A DNA stretch of 59,386 nt from Myxococcota bacterium. GTDB taxonomy: Bacteria > Myxococcota_A > UBA9042 > PHBI01 > JAWLBL01. Position 1 is the first letter of the stretch. Each line of letters opens with the position of its first letter. The notes under the pieces were generated by a model, which did no database searches, was not told the origin of the DNA, and was given only the letters and a program-made list of their open reading frames with translations. The translations under genes were made by a program, and so were the position numbers. The stretch lies in the NCBI GenBank assembly GCA_041687695.1, contig JAWLBL010000039.1, forward strand, positions 1 through 59,386, written 5' to 3'. Below are positions 28,128-37,926 of this stretch, in pieces.

Positions 28128-30143
28128 GTGACGGCGCTGCTCGCCCTCCTCTCGCTGCTGGCGAGCGCCCTCGCCCCCATCGACGTCCCGGTCCCCCCCG
28201 GCAGCGACGCCCGCGTCCTGGCCCTGTTCGCGCCGTTCACCCCCGGCCAGCCCATCGACGGCGGCCCCTTCCGCTTCGACGACGTCCACATCGCCGCCCG
28301 GACGGTCGAGGCCACGGTCACCGACGCCGACGAGCGCCTGCTCGCGACCATCCACCTCGACCTGCCCGCGCGCGGCGTCCGCATCGTCCCGGCCCCCGGC
28401 GCCTCCGCCGACGCCCTGGCCGACGCCCAGCGGGTCGCCGAGGTCGCCCGCACCCACCTCGCCCAGGTCGAGCTGGTCATCCGCGAGCCCACCCCGGCGC
28501 CCAGCCGCCCCGGCGCGGGCCGCCCCGGCTCCCACGCCGCCACATTCGCCCGCCCCCCGCCGCCCCTGCTGCTCGCCCTGCTCGCCCTGGCCCTGGCCCT
28601 CGCCTTCGCCCGCCGCCGCCTCGGCCTCCCCTCCGCGCCGCGCGCCACCTGGCTCGCCGTCGCCGCCCTCACCGCCGCCCTCGCCGTCGCCCTCGCCCTG
28701 CTCGACGACGTCGTCGGCCACCCCAACGCCCACGGCTGGGACACCGTCCGCGCCCTCGTCGGCCCCTCCGGCAGCCCCTACCGCGCCTTCCAGCCCTACG
28801 GCCTCTTCGACGTCGCCCTCGCCGCCGTCCTCGGCGCCCCCGCCGCCGCCGGCCACGAGACCTTCCTCGCCTCCCGCGTCGCCGCCACCCTCTGTGTCCC
28901 GCTCACCTTCCTCTTCGCCCTCGCCGCCACCGCCCGCCCGCGCGTCGCCCTCGCCGCCGCCGCCCTTTACGCCACCCACCCCGCCCTCCTCTACTCGGGC
29001 CGCGCCGAGTCCGTCACCACCCCCGGCGTCGCCCTGCTCCTCGTCACCGCCCTCGTCGCCACCCTCGCCGCCCGCCGCCGCGACCCGCGCCTGCTCGCCG
29101 CCGCCGCCCTGTCCCTGGGCGTCCTCGCCAACTTCCGCCTCATGGGCCTCGTCCTCGCCCCCCTCGTCGCCCTCCTGCTCCTCCTCCCCGCCGCCGACCC
29201 TCCACAGCCCGCCGCGCCGCCCGCCGCGCCCCCCCGCCGCTGGTGGCCCCGCGTCCTCGCCGCCTGGGCCGTCGGGGCCGCCATCGCCGTGCCCCACGGC
29301 CTCGCCATCCTCGCCCTCTTCGGCCAGGGCACCGAGCCGCGCACCCTCCACCCCGAGCTGAACGTCCTCACCTCGCCCCTGTGGACCGCCCCGGCCCTGC
29401 TCGCCCTCGCCGCCACCGGCGCCCTGTGGCTGCTCCGCCGCCGCCCGCTGCTCGCCGCCATCGCCCTCGCCTGGACCCTGGCCGCCGTCATCGCCCCCAG
29501 CGCCGCCACCAGCAGCTGGCAGGACCAGGCCCGCTACCACGGCTTCGGCCTGCCCGCCTTCGCCCTGCTCGCCGGCGCCGCCTTCGACCTCCCCCTCGCC
29601 CGCCTCCCCCGCGGCGCCGCCGCGGCCCTGGTCGCCCTCGTCGCCGCCTGGTTCGTCCACGGCGCCGTCCTCCCCTGGCGCGCCCAGGCCAACGGCAACA
29701 TCGACACCGCCCAGCTGCACCTGTGGCGCGAGGCCGCCGCCGCCCTCCCCCGCGACGCCGTCCTCGTCGTCCCGGTCCGCCTCGGCAACAAGAACCGCGC
29801 CTCGCTGCCCGACACCGAGCTGCTCGCCGCCCGCCCCGACGTGCGCGTGCTCGACCTCCGCGCCCTCGAGCGCCCCGCCGCCGGCGCCCCCCCGCGCCCC
29901 ACCTTCTGGTTCCGCTCGGTCGCCTGCCACCTCGAGGACCTCGACCCGGCCGCCGCCCCCGACTCCGACTGCCGCGCCGCCGAGGCCACCCTGCGCCTGA
30001 GCCCCGTCCTGGTCCGCCCGCTCTCCGACGCGCTCGACCCGGCCATCACCGCGCAGCTCGACGGCGGCTACGGCTGGAGCTTCTACCGCCTGCCCGACGC
30101 CTCGCTGCCCGTCGGCCTGTACCGCGTCGACGGCTGGCGCTGA
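28128..30143 (+). CDS. Polytopic membrane protein, possibly GT-C glycosyltransferase-like
   Basis: Many hydrophobic helices; HPALLYSGRAES and QARY motifs; soluble C-terminal domain. Confidence 0.6.
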   Translation: MTALLALLSLLASALAPIDVPVPPGSDARVLALFAPFTPGQPIDGGPFRFDDVHIAARTVEATVTDADERLLATIHLDLPARGVRIVPAPGASADALADAQRVAEVARTHLAQVELVIREPTPAPSRPGAGRPGSHAATFARPPPPLLLALLALALALAFARRRLGLPSAPRATWLAVAALTAALAVALALLDDVVGHPNAHGWDTVRALVGPSGSPYRAFQPYGLFDVALAAVLGAPAAAGHETFLASRVAATLCVPLTFLFALAATARPRVALAAAALYATHPALLYSGRAESVTTPGVALLLVTALVATLAARRRDPRLLAAAALSLGVLANFRLMGLVLAPLVALLLLLPAADPPQPAAPPAAPPRRWWPRVLAAWAVGAAIAVPHGLAILALFGQGTEPRTLHPELNVLTSPLWTAPALLALAATGALWLLRRRPLLAAIALAWTLAAVIAPSAATSSWQDQARYHGFGLPAFALLAGAAFDLPLARLPRGAAAALVALVAAWFVHGAVLPWRAQANGNIDTAQLHLWREAAAALPRDAVLVVPVRLGNKNRASLPDTELLAARPDVRVLDLRALERPAAGAPPRPTFWFRSVACHLEDLDPAAAPDSDCRAAEATLRLSPVLVRPLSDALDPAITAQLDGGYGWSFYRLPDASLPVGLYRVDGWR

Positions 30144-30203
30144 CCGACCGCGGCCGGCCCGCCGCCCCTTCCCTTGACCGCCGCGCCCGCTATGATGCCG
30201 CCC

Positions 30204-30617
30204 ATGTCCGGTTCCACCCGATTCGAAGAGCGCGTTCGCAACCCCGGCGGCACCCGGGGCGGCTTCGGCGAGTTCCTGCTGGGCTTCGCCTTTCTCTGCG
30301 CCGGCGGCTACATGCTGCTCCAGCGCACCATCGTCACCGGGGGCTTCTGGGACTTCTTCGGCTGGGGCAGCCAGAGCTTCGGCTTCACCCTCGTCCCGCT
30401 GTGCATCGGCCTGGGCTTCCTGTTCTTCGACTCACGCTCCTTCGTCGGCAAGCTGCTGGTGCTGGCCTCGTCCATCTTCATCTTCGTCGGCATCCTCCTC
30501 AGCCTGCGCATCCACTTCCAGGCGACCAGCCTCTTCGGCCTCATCACCATGCTGGTCCTGCTCTTCGGCGGCGTCGGCCTGATGGCCCGCTCCTTCCGCG
30601 ACCACGACCGGCGCTGA
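30204..30617 (+). CDS. Small 4-TM hypothetical membrane protein
   Basis: GGTRGGFGEFLLG followed by four hydrophobic segments. Confidence 0.75.
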   Translation: MSGSTRFEERVRNPGGTRGGFGEFLLGFAFLCAGGYMLLQRTIVTGGFWDFFGWGSQSFGFTLVPLCIGLGFLFFDSRSFVGKLLVLASSIFIFVGILLSLRIHFQATSLFGLITMLVLLFGGVGLMARSFRDHDRR

Positions 30618-30634
30618 CCCCCGCAGGAGGCCCC

Positions 30635-31597
30635 ATGGGCGGCGGACGCTACGACCTCGAGGCCCACCAGGCCCTCACCCTGGCGCGCGCCCAGCGCCCC
30701 GCCGAGCAGGTCTTCGGCCAGCGCGCCTGCCACCCCGAGCTGGACCCGCACGGGGTGCGCTTTCGCGAGAGCCGGGACAGCGCGGCGCACCCCGACTCGG
30801 TGGGCGTCGTCTTCGCCCTCGACGTCAGCGGCTCGATGGGTCAGATCCCGCACCAGCTCGCGACCAGGACCCTGCCCTCGTTCATGGAGGCCGTGCTGCC
30901 CATCCTCCCGGACGCCCAGGTCCTCTTCATGGCCTTCGGCAACGTCTACGCCGACCGCTCGCCGCTGCAGGTCGGGCAGTTCGAGAGCGAGGCCGCCCTC
31001 ATCGACCGCTGGCTGTCGCTCACCCACCTCGAAGGCGGCGGCGGGGGCCTCGGCGAGTCGTACGACCTTGCCATGTTCTTCGCCGCCTACCACACGGTCA
31101 CGGACGGCTTCGTCAAGCGCGGCCGCAAGGGCTACTTCTTCATGACCGGCGACGAGGTCCCCTTCGTCGCGCTCGACCCGGCCCGCACCCAGACCCTGCT
31201 CGGCGGGCCCGAGCCCCAGCGCCTGGCCATCCACGAGCTCGCCCACGCGCTCGAGCGCACCTACCACCCCTTCTTCCTCATCCCGGACCCGGGCCGCGCC
31301 CAGGCCTACCGGACCGAGGCCACCTGGCGCCAGCTGTGGGACGCCCGCGTGGTCGTGCTCGCCGACCCCGAGGACACCGCCTACGCCTGCGCCCTGCTGG
31401 TCGCCATCGAGGAGGGCGTCATGAAGGACCGCGAGGGGCTGTCCCGCTTCGCCCACGAGCGCTTCGCCCTGACCGGCGCCGCCCTCGACCGCCTGGTCGA
31501 CGCGGTGGCCCCCTACGCCGAGGCCCGCGCCCGCGGCCCCCTGCCCGCGCCGCGCCCCCTTGGCGTCCGCAAAGACCCCGAGGTCGTCAAGGGCTGA
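30635..31597 (+). CDS. vWA-domain protein
   Basis: MIDAS DVSGSMG; RESRDSAAHP, LQVGQFES, GGGGLGESY, KGYFFMTGDE; SD aggagg. Confidence 0.85.
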   Translation: MGGGRYDLEAHQALTLARAQRPAEQVFGQRACHPELDPHGVRFRESRDSAAHPDSVGVVFALDVSGSMGQIPHQLATRTLPSFMEAVLPILPDAQVLFMAFGNVYADRSPLQVGQFESEAALIDRWLSLTHLEGGGGGLGESYDLAMFFAAYHTVTDGFVKRGRKGYFFMTGDEVPFVALDPARTQTLLGGPEPQRLAIHELAHALERTYHPFFLIPDPGRAQAYRTEATWRQLWDARVVVLADPEDTAYACALLVAIEEGVMKDREGLSRFAHERFALTGAALDRLVDAVAPYAEARARGPLPAPRPLGVRKDPEVVKG

Positions 31598-31728
31598 CGC
31601 TCCGCGCCCCCTCCGGCGCGCCGCGCAAGCCGCCGTCGCGCGCGCCTCCTTCGGCACCGTGGACGGCGCCCCGGACCGGTCTTATGCTCCGCCCTCATCG
31701 GCGCCTGCCGCGCCTCGAGGCCCCCCGG

Positions 31729-33492
31729 ATGCACTACGACGAATCCCGCCGCATCACCGGCCCCACGCTCGTCACCGACGGCTTCGGCGCCGCCATCGAG
31801 CTGCACTTCGAGCCCGACGAGCCGCCCGAGCTGCGCGCCTCGGTGCTGGCCGCCTGGCAGGGCGCCGTGCTGCACCTGCACCACCGGCTGGGCTGGCCCG
31901 CGCCGACCCTGTTCCGCCGCGACTTCGGCCGCGGCGTGACCCTGGGCTTCCGCGCCCGCCCCGATGTCCTGTACGCGGCCTGCGAGCTGAACGAGTGGGC
32001 CCTGCGCACGGCCCTGCACGGCCACGGGCTGCTCGACGACGGCGCCGGCCCGCCCAGCGCCGAGGACGAGGCCGTCACCACCCTCGCCGAAGCGGTCGCC
32101 ACCGAGCAGAACCCCGCGCTGCTGGCCTTGATGGCCGCGGCCGACACCCACGGCGCCCCCTGGCTGGTCTGCGACGACTGGTTCTCGCTCGGCTACGGCG
32201 TCCACGCCCGCACCTGGCCCGTGCGCCAGCTGCCCAGCCCCGACGCGGTCGACTGGTCCGCCCACGGCCGCGTCCCGCTGGTCATGCTGACCGGCACCAA
32301 CGGCAAGACCACGTCGTCGCGCCTGCTGGTCCGCATCCTGATGGCCGCCGGCCACCGCGTCGGCGGCACCTCGACCGACGCCATCACCCTGGACGGGCAG
32401 GTGCTCGACGCCGGCGACTGGACCGGACCCGGCGCCGCCCGCACCATCCTGCGCGACCCCCGCGTCACCGCCGCCGTCCTCGAGACCGCCCGCGGCGGCA
32501 TCCTGCGCCGAGGCCTGGCCCTGTCGGGGCACGACGTCGCCCTGGTCACCAACGTCGCCGCCGACCACATGGGCGACTGGGGCATCGACGACCTCGACGC
32601 CATGGCCCGCGCCAAGCTGACCGTCGCCCGCCACGTGCGCCCGGACGGCGCGGTCGTCCTGAACGCCGACGACGCCAACCTGGTCCGCCTGGCCGATCAG
32701 GCCGGCGCCCCCATCATCTGGTCCACGCTGCAGCCGGACGGCGCCTTGGTCACGGCCCACCTGGCGGCCGGCGGGCGCGCCGTGTTCGTCCAGGACGGCC
32801 AGCTGGTGCTGGCCCACGGCGCCGAGCGACTCGCCGTCCTGCCGGTCGCCGACGTCCCCATCACCTTCGGCGGGGCCGCGGCCTTCAACGTCGCCAACGC
32901 CCTGGGCGCCGCCGCCAGCGCCTGGGGGCTGGGGGTCGCCCCCGACGCCATCGCCGCCGGCCTGCGGGCCTTCCGCCCGACCGAGCAGGACAACCCCGGC
33001 CGCTCGAACCTGTGGCGCCTGGGCGGCGTCACGCTGATGGCCGACTTCGCGCACAACCCGCACGGCGTACGCGCGGTCTTCGACTTCGTGAACCGCGCCC
33101 ATCCGACCGGGCGCCGGGTCATCACGCTGGGCCAGGCGGGCGACCGCGACGACGAGGCCCTGCGCGCGCTGGCCGCGACCATCCACGAGGGCGGCGTCCA
33201 CCACGCGATCCTGCGCCCGCTGCACAAGTACCTGCGCGGCCGCGCCGAGTTCGAGGTGCCCGAGGTGCTGGCCGCCGCCTTCCGGCGGCTGGGGCTGCCG
33301 GACGAGGCCGTCGAGATCGCCCCCGACGAGCTGGGCGCCCTCGACCGGGCGCTGGCCGCCGCGCGGCCCGGCGATCTGGTGCTGCTGTTCCTGACCATCG
33401 AGCGCGAGGCCGTGCGCGCGCGCATCGAGGCGCTGGGCGGCCACGCGATCGAGGCGCTCGGCGCGCCCGGAACGCGAGCGGACGCCACGTGA
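31729..33492 (+). CDS. Mur-ligase protein resembling the C-terminal module of cyanophycin synthetase
   Basis: TGTNGKTT, GDWTGPGAAR, AVLETARGGILRRGL, TNVAADH, NPGRSN, DFAHNPHG, GQAGDR; no ATP-grasp segment. Confidence 0.85.
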   Translation: MHYDESRRITGPTLVTDGFGAAIELHFEPDEPPELRASVLAAWQGAVLHLHHRLGWPAPTLFRRDFGRGVTLGFRARPDVLYAACELNEWALRTALHGHGLLDDGAGPPSAEDEAVTTLAEAVATEQNPALLALMAAADTHGAPWLVCDDWFSLGYGVHARTWPVRQLPSPDAVDWSAHGRVPLVMLTGTNGKTTSSRLLVRILMAAGHRVGGTSTDAITLDGQVLDAGDWTGPGAARTILRDPRVTAAVLETARGGILRRGLALSGHDVALVTNVAADHMGDWGIDDLDAMARAKLTVARHVRPDGAVVLNADDANLVRLADQAGAPIIWSTLQPDGALVTAHLAAGGRAVFVQDGQLVLAHGAERLAVLPVADVPITFGGAAAFNVANALGAAASAWGLGVAPDAIAAGLRAFRPTEQDNPGRSNLWRLGGVTLMADFAHNPHGVRAVFDFVNRAHPTGRRVITLGQAGDRDDEALRALAATIHEGGVHHAILRPLHKYLRGRAEFEVPEVLAAAFRRLGLPDEAVEIAPDELGALDRALAAARPGDLVLLFLTIEREAVRARIEALGGHAIEALGAPGTRADAT

Positions 33493-34151
33493 GCAAGTCC
33501 AAGGCCACGCGTTCCCGGAAGTTCAGCCCCGAGCGGCCGCTGGTCGTGCAGGGGCAGGTGCCGGCGGTCGAGACCGTGCCGGGCCGCTGGGCCTGGGCGG
33601 CCGGCCCGCTCGACGCGGTGGCCGCGTGGGTGCCGGCCACCAAGGGCACGCGGGCGGGCGAGCGCTTCCGGCGGGCCTGGAAGATCGGCTTCGGCGCGGT
33701 CGCCGTCTTGTTCGCCTCCTACGCGCGCCAGGACCTCGGCTGGGTGGTGCCGTCGCTGCTCGCGGTGGCGCTCGCGGTCCTCCTGCCCATCAGCGACATC
33801 CGCCGCGCGCGCTGGCGCCGGGCGGCCCAGGGCCTGGCCGCGGGACGCCAGGTGTCCCAGCCGGCGGCGGCCGAGGTCACCTGGGACGGCACGCGCCTGA
33901 TGGTGCGCGCCGAGGCCCGGCAGTTCAGCGTCCGCCCCGCCGAGGCCGCCGCCGCGGTGGGGCGAGACGACCAGGGCGCCTGGCTGGCCCTGGCGCCCGG
34001 CGGCCGCGGCAAGCAGGCCCTGGCCTTCCGCGCCGCCGCCGTCGACCGCCCCCTGCCCTCGCGCCCCTGCCCCGCGTCCCCCGACCGCGTCGTCACCGTC
34101 GCCGCCCCCGACTGGGACGAGCTGACCCAGGCCCTGGCCCCGCGGGTCTGA
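33489..34151 (+). CDS. Hypothetical membrane protein
   Basis: GTG overlaps the upstream stop; two TM helices. Confidence 0.6.
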   Translation: MSKSKATRSRKFSPERPLVVQGQVPAVETVPGRWAWAAGPLDAVAAWVPATKGTRAGERFRRAWKIGFGAVAVLFASYARQDLGWVVPSLLAVALAVLLPISDIRRARWRRAAQGLAAGRQVSQPAAAEVTWDGTRLMVRAEARQFSVRPAEAAAAVGRDDQGAWLALAPGGRGKQALAFRAAAVDRPLPSRPCPASPDRVVTVAAPDWDELTQALAPRV

Positions 34152-34184
34152 CCCCGCTCCGGCCGGCTTCCATGGGGCCCGGCG

Positions 34185-34860
34185 CCTGCGATCGCCGGCT
34201 TCCAGAAGGCGTCGTATCCATGCTGGCATGAGCAGCCTTGGAGTGCTCCGGCTTGCCGGAGCCCAGGCCCCGGCGGCTTGCCGCCGGGATCCGGTCGCCA
34301 AACCCGGCGCAGCAAGCTGCGCCGGATGGGGGCTCCACCAAGGTGGAGCACTCCGGTTGGCCTTCTGCGACATCCCCTTCCAGCCGGCCGGCCGCCCCGC
34401 CCATCCCAGCGCCCACCGTCCTGGGACCGCCGGCTTCCAGAGGGTGTCGTATTGATGCCGGCGGAGGCGGCCCTGGAGTGCTCCGGCTTGCCGGAGCCCC
34501 GGCCCCGGCGGCTTGCCGCCGGGATCTGGTCGCCAAACCCGGCGCAGCAAGCTGCGCCGGATGGGGGCTCCACCAAGGTGGAGCACTCCGGTTGGCCTTC
34601 TGCGACATCCCCTTCCAGCCGGCCGGCCGCCCCGCCCATCCCAGCGCCCACCGTCCTGCGACCGCCGGCTTCCAGAGGGTGTCGTATTGATGCCGGCGAA
34701 GGCGGCCCTGGAGTGCTCCGGCTTGCCGGAGCCCCGGCCCCGGCGGCTTGCCGCCGGGATCTGGCCGCCAAACCCGGCGCAGCAAGCTGCGCCAGATGGG
34801 TGCTCCACCAAGGTGGAGCACTCCGGTTGGGCTCTTGCGACACCCTCTTCCAGCCGGCCG
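34185..34860. repeat. Tandem array of 235-bp palindrome-rich units (about 2.9 copies; BIME/REPIN-like)
   Basis: cgccggcttccag recurs at 34193, 34428 and 34663; each unit has GGAGT-gctccggc-tt-gccggagc and an inverted gctccacc-aa-ggtggagc-ACTCC. Confidence 0.92.
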
Positions 34861-34889
34861 ACCCGGACGCCCTCGAGACGCGCCGGCTG

Positions 34890-35471
34890 TCAGGGCCGCG
34901 GCCCCTCGCAGGTGCCCAGGCCCTCCTGGCAGGTGCCCTCGACGCAGACCCCGCCCGCCGCGCAGCCGCCGTCGGAGGCGCAGGCGCGGCGCACGCAGCC
35001 GTGGTCCAGCTCGTGGCGGCTGCCGCACAGCCCCGGGACCTCGCACGGGGCCCGCCCCTCGGCGGCCGCGGGGTCACAGACGGTGTGCGCCGGGCAGGCG
35101 AAGCCCTCGTCGCACGGCACCGGCTCGCACCCGCGCCCGACCGCCTTGCAGCGGTAGCCCTCGCCGCAGACCGCGTCGTCCGCGCACGCCGGCTTGCAGG
35201 CCGTGCTGAGCTGGCCGTCCTGCCCGCAGCACGGCCCCAGATAGGCCAGGCACAGTAGCTCGCCCGCGCAGTCATCGTCGCTGGCGCACTCGGTCGACAC
35301 GCTGCACCCCATCCCGCACAGCGGCGGCGCGTCCCCCGGCCGCACCGGCGCCACGCAGCCCTCGCCCGAGGCGCACTCGCTCGACGAGCGACAGCCGTCC
35401 CCTCCGGCGACGTCGCCGTCGCAGCCCATCGCGGCCCACCCCACACACCCGATCACCAGCAAGGCCCTCAT
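34890..35471 (-). CDS. Cys-rich lipoprotein
   Basis: MRALLVIGCVGWAAMGC; repeated C.SD.DC..G..C motifs. Confidence 0.75.
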   Translation of the reverse strand: MRALLVIGCVGWAAMGCDGDVAGGDGCRSSSECASGEGCVAPVRPGDAPPLCGMGCSVSTECASDDDCAGELLCLAYLGPCCGQDGQLSTACKPACADDAVCGEGYRCKAVGRGCEPVPCDEGFACPAHTVCDPAAAEGRAPCEVPGLCGSRHELDHGCVRRACASDGGCAAGGVCVEGTCQEGLGTCEGPRP

Positions 35472-35506
35472 TCGCTGCTCCCGTGTTGCGCCCGGACCTG
35501 GAGTTC

Positions 35507-35522
35507 TGCACCGACCGTGCCA
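35507..35522 (-). promoter_or_regulatory. sigma54 promoter of the Cys-rich lipoprotein gene
   Basis: Minus strand TGGCACGGTCGGTGCA (GG-N10-GC), 35 nt upstream of the ATG. Confidence 0.7.
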
Positions 35523-35586
35523 CCCCGCCCGCGCTCGCAGCGACGCCCCGCCGCCCGCTCCAAATGCGCAAGCGCGCCTCACCCCG

Positions 35587-37122
35587 TCAACCCGCTTGCC
35601 ACCCCGGGACCGCCCCGCCCTCGAACGGCGGCAGGACCGCCCGCCCCGCCAGGTACACCAGCCCCATCGGACGCTCGATCGTCATCTCCATGGGCGGGTT
35701 CAGGAGCTCGCGGCCGTCCCGCTGGCGAACCCCCAGCACCAGCACGTCGTAGCGCCCCTTGGCCCACGCCGCCACGTCGCAGAAGCGCCCCGGGACCGGC
35801 GCGTCCTCGGGCAGGTCGCCCAGGTACAGGTTCTGGGTGCTGGTCACGGCCACCCGGCTGATGACCGCCGCCGAGCCGGGCGCGCGCACGGCGTGGGCCA
35901 GCAGCGAGAACCCCAGCTGGGTGGTCTCGATGACCTCGTCGGCGCCGGCGGTGCGGGCGTGGGCGACGTTCTCGGCGTCCAGGATCTCGGCGACGACGTA
36001 CAGCGGACGGCGCCGCTGGCCGTGCGGCTTGTGGCGCGCCATGTAGCTGCGCAGCGTGAACAGGGTCAGCAGGGTCAGCGCGTCGGCACGCGCCGGCTCG
36101 AGGTTGCGCTGCCCCACCACGATCACGGCCGCGGCGTGGGTCAGGCGCACCTTGTCCAGCTCGCTCTCCTTGGTCGGGTCGCCGCCGACCCAGCCGAACT
36201 CGGGCGGCAGGTCTTGCGGGCGCTCGCCGGGCGCGAACAGGACCAGCTCGGGGCGCGGCTCGGCCGGGAACTCGGCCAGCAGCACGGGCAGCAGCATGCG
36301 CGCCCCGGCGCCGTAGCCGCAGACGACGATGTGGCCGACGTTTCCGGTCATGCGGAAGTCCTCTTCGCGGACGCTCAGGACGCTGGTCAGCAGGGTGCGG
36401 CCGATGATGCCGGCGAACAGGGCCAGGGTGAAGAGGCCTCCGACCATGACGGCCGCGCCGACCAGCCGGCCCAGCTCGGTCACCGGCGCGATGTCGCCGA
36501 AGCCGACCGTGGTCAGAGTGACCAGGGCCCACCACAGCGCGTCGGAGACCGAGCCGATGTCGGGGTTTCGCCCGCCCTCGACCAGGTACATGGTGACGCC
36601 GCCGACCAGCACCGCCGTGCCCAGCACCGAGAAGGCGAACAGGAACAGGACGCTGTTCTCCTCGAAGGCGCGGACCAGCCCGTGCAGCGGGTTGGCGTAG
36701 CGGAAGATGCCGGCCTTGCGGGCCAGGCGGAACAGCCGGAGCACGCGCAGGCCGCGCAGGCCAGGCACGATGGCGACCACCGCCAGCAGATCCAGCACGT
36801 TGAGCGGCTCGAGGGCGTAGCGGACGCGGGCCCAGACGTGCGTCAGCAGCCGACGGGCCGGCGACAGCGCGAAGAAGGCCAGCTCGGGAGGGCGCCAGCT
36901 GAGGATGCGCAGGGCGATCTCGACGGTGAACACCGCCAGGACCGCCCGGTCGAGGGCCAGCAAGGTCTCGCGCGTCTCCGGCGAGACGAACAGCTCGGCG
37001 ACCAGCAGGACCAGCGACGCCAGGATGAGCGCATAGACCGCGCTGTGGACGGCGCGGTACAGGCGCGTGTCGGGCCTGTGGAAGGCCGCGTGGACCCGCT
37101 CGCGCAGCGCGCCGGCGAGCAA
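35587..37122 (-). CDS. 6TM potassium channel with RCK domain
   Basis: S4-like LRGLRVLRLFRLAR; pore WWALVTLTTVGFGD; GHIVVCGYG. Confidence 0.9.
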   Translation of the reverse strand: MLAGALRERVHAAFHRPDTRLYRAVHSAVYALILASLVLLVAELFVSPETRETLLALDRAVLAVFTVEIALRILSWRPPELAFFALSPARRLLTHVWARVRYALEPLNVLDLLAVVAIVPGLRGLRVLRLFRLARKAGIFRYANPLHGLVRAFEENSVLFLFAFSVLGTAVLVGGVTMYLVEGGRNPDIGSVSDALWWALVTLTTVGFGDIAPVTELGRLVGAAVMVGGLFTLALFAGIIGRTLLTSVLSVREEDFRMTGNVGHIVVCGYGAGARMLLPVLLAEFPAEPRPELVLFAPGERPQDLPPEFGWVGGDPTKESELDKVRLTHAAAVIVVGQRNLEPARADALTLLTLFTLRSYMARHKPHGQRRRPLYVVAEILDAENVAHARTAGADEVIETTQLGFSLLAHAVRAPGSAAVISRVAVTSTQNLYLGDLPEDAPVPGRFCDVAAWAKGRYDVLVLGVRQRDGRELLNPPMEMTIERPMGLVYLAGRAVLPPFEGGAVPGWQAG

Positions 37123-37126
37123 GCCG

Positions 37127-37723
37127 CTACCTCCGGGCTGCCCAGCGGGCCATGGCCTCGAGGGTGGACTTGAGGACCCGCGAGGCGGCGACGTCGGCGC
37201 CGGTGGTGAGGGCCTTCCACTTCAAAAAGCCCACGTCGTCGCGCTTGGGCGCCGAGCCCAGGGCATAGCCCAGCACGCCGGGGGCGGCGAGCCACAGGCC
37301 GTGGCTGTAGTCGCTGCGGAAGCCGTCGCGCTTGGACAGGGCGTCGGTCTCCTTGGGCAGGATCTCCCAGCCGGCGGCCTGGTAGCCCTGCTGCTCGCCG
37401 AGGCGGCGCAGGACCAGCTCGTGGTGGACGGCGCCCAGCAGGGGCAGGTCGACCTTCTGGTAGAAGCGGACGGCCTCGGGCGGGGTGAAGCGGGGGTCGG
37501 AGATGCTGCGGCACACGCTGACGTGGTCCAGGTTGCCGACGTAGTGGTCGACGTCCATCACGGCGTCGATGACCTTGTCGGGCTCCACGTTCGACACGGG
37601 CATCAGGGCGAAGCCTTCGTCGGTGGGGCGGCCGCCGTGGTTCCAGTGGGTGAAGGTGAAGGCCGAGGGCGGGGTCGCCGGCAGACGCTGCAGCACGCGC
37701 TGAAGGAAGGCCTGAAGTTCCAT
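37127..37723 (-). CDS. Hypothetical protein (possibly START/SRPBCC-like)
   Basis: Clean GC3-biased ORF with SD ggag; the fold is a guess. Confidence 0.7.
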   Translation of the reverse strand: MELQAFLQRVLQRLPATPPSAFTFTHWNHGGRPTDEGFALMPVSNVEPDKVIDAVMDVDHYVGNLDHVSVCRSISDPRFTPPEAVRFYQKVDLPLLGAVHHELVLRRLGEQQGYQAAGWEILPKETDALSKRDGFRSDYSHGLWLAAPGVLGYALGSAPKRDDVGFLKWKALTTGADVAASRVLKSTLEAMARWAARR

Positions 37724-37832
37724 GGACGGGGGCTCCGGAGGGTGGAGGGAGAGCTAGAAGTTCAAGGGGTGGCGGTACGGTGCCACAAGCCGCGGGGGAC
37801 GGCGACATCGGTGGCGTCTTCGCCCAGAGCTG

Positions 37833-37869
37833 ATAGGCATGCGCTATCACACTGCTCGCAAGTTTCGAT
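37833..37869 (+). promoter_or_regulatory. OxyR-type LysR box upstream of dps
   Basis: ATAG-N7-CTAT-N7-ctcg-N7-CGAT. Confidence 0.6.
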
Positions 37870-37926
37870 TGGCCTCGCCGCGCTGCCGTGCGGAAGATCG
37901 GCCCGAGTCCAGACTTGGAGGATCCC

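Noticed and set aside
16597..29930. Very long ORFs such as 16597-22194(-), 25920-29930(-), 16983-20123(+) and 1964-4753(+)
   Set aside because: These are antisense or off-frame shadows of recognisable genes, caused by stop-codon scarcity in high-GC DNA.
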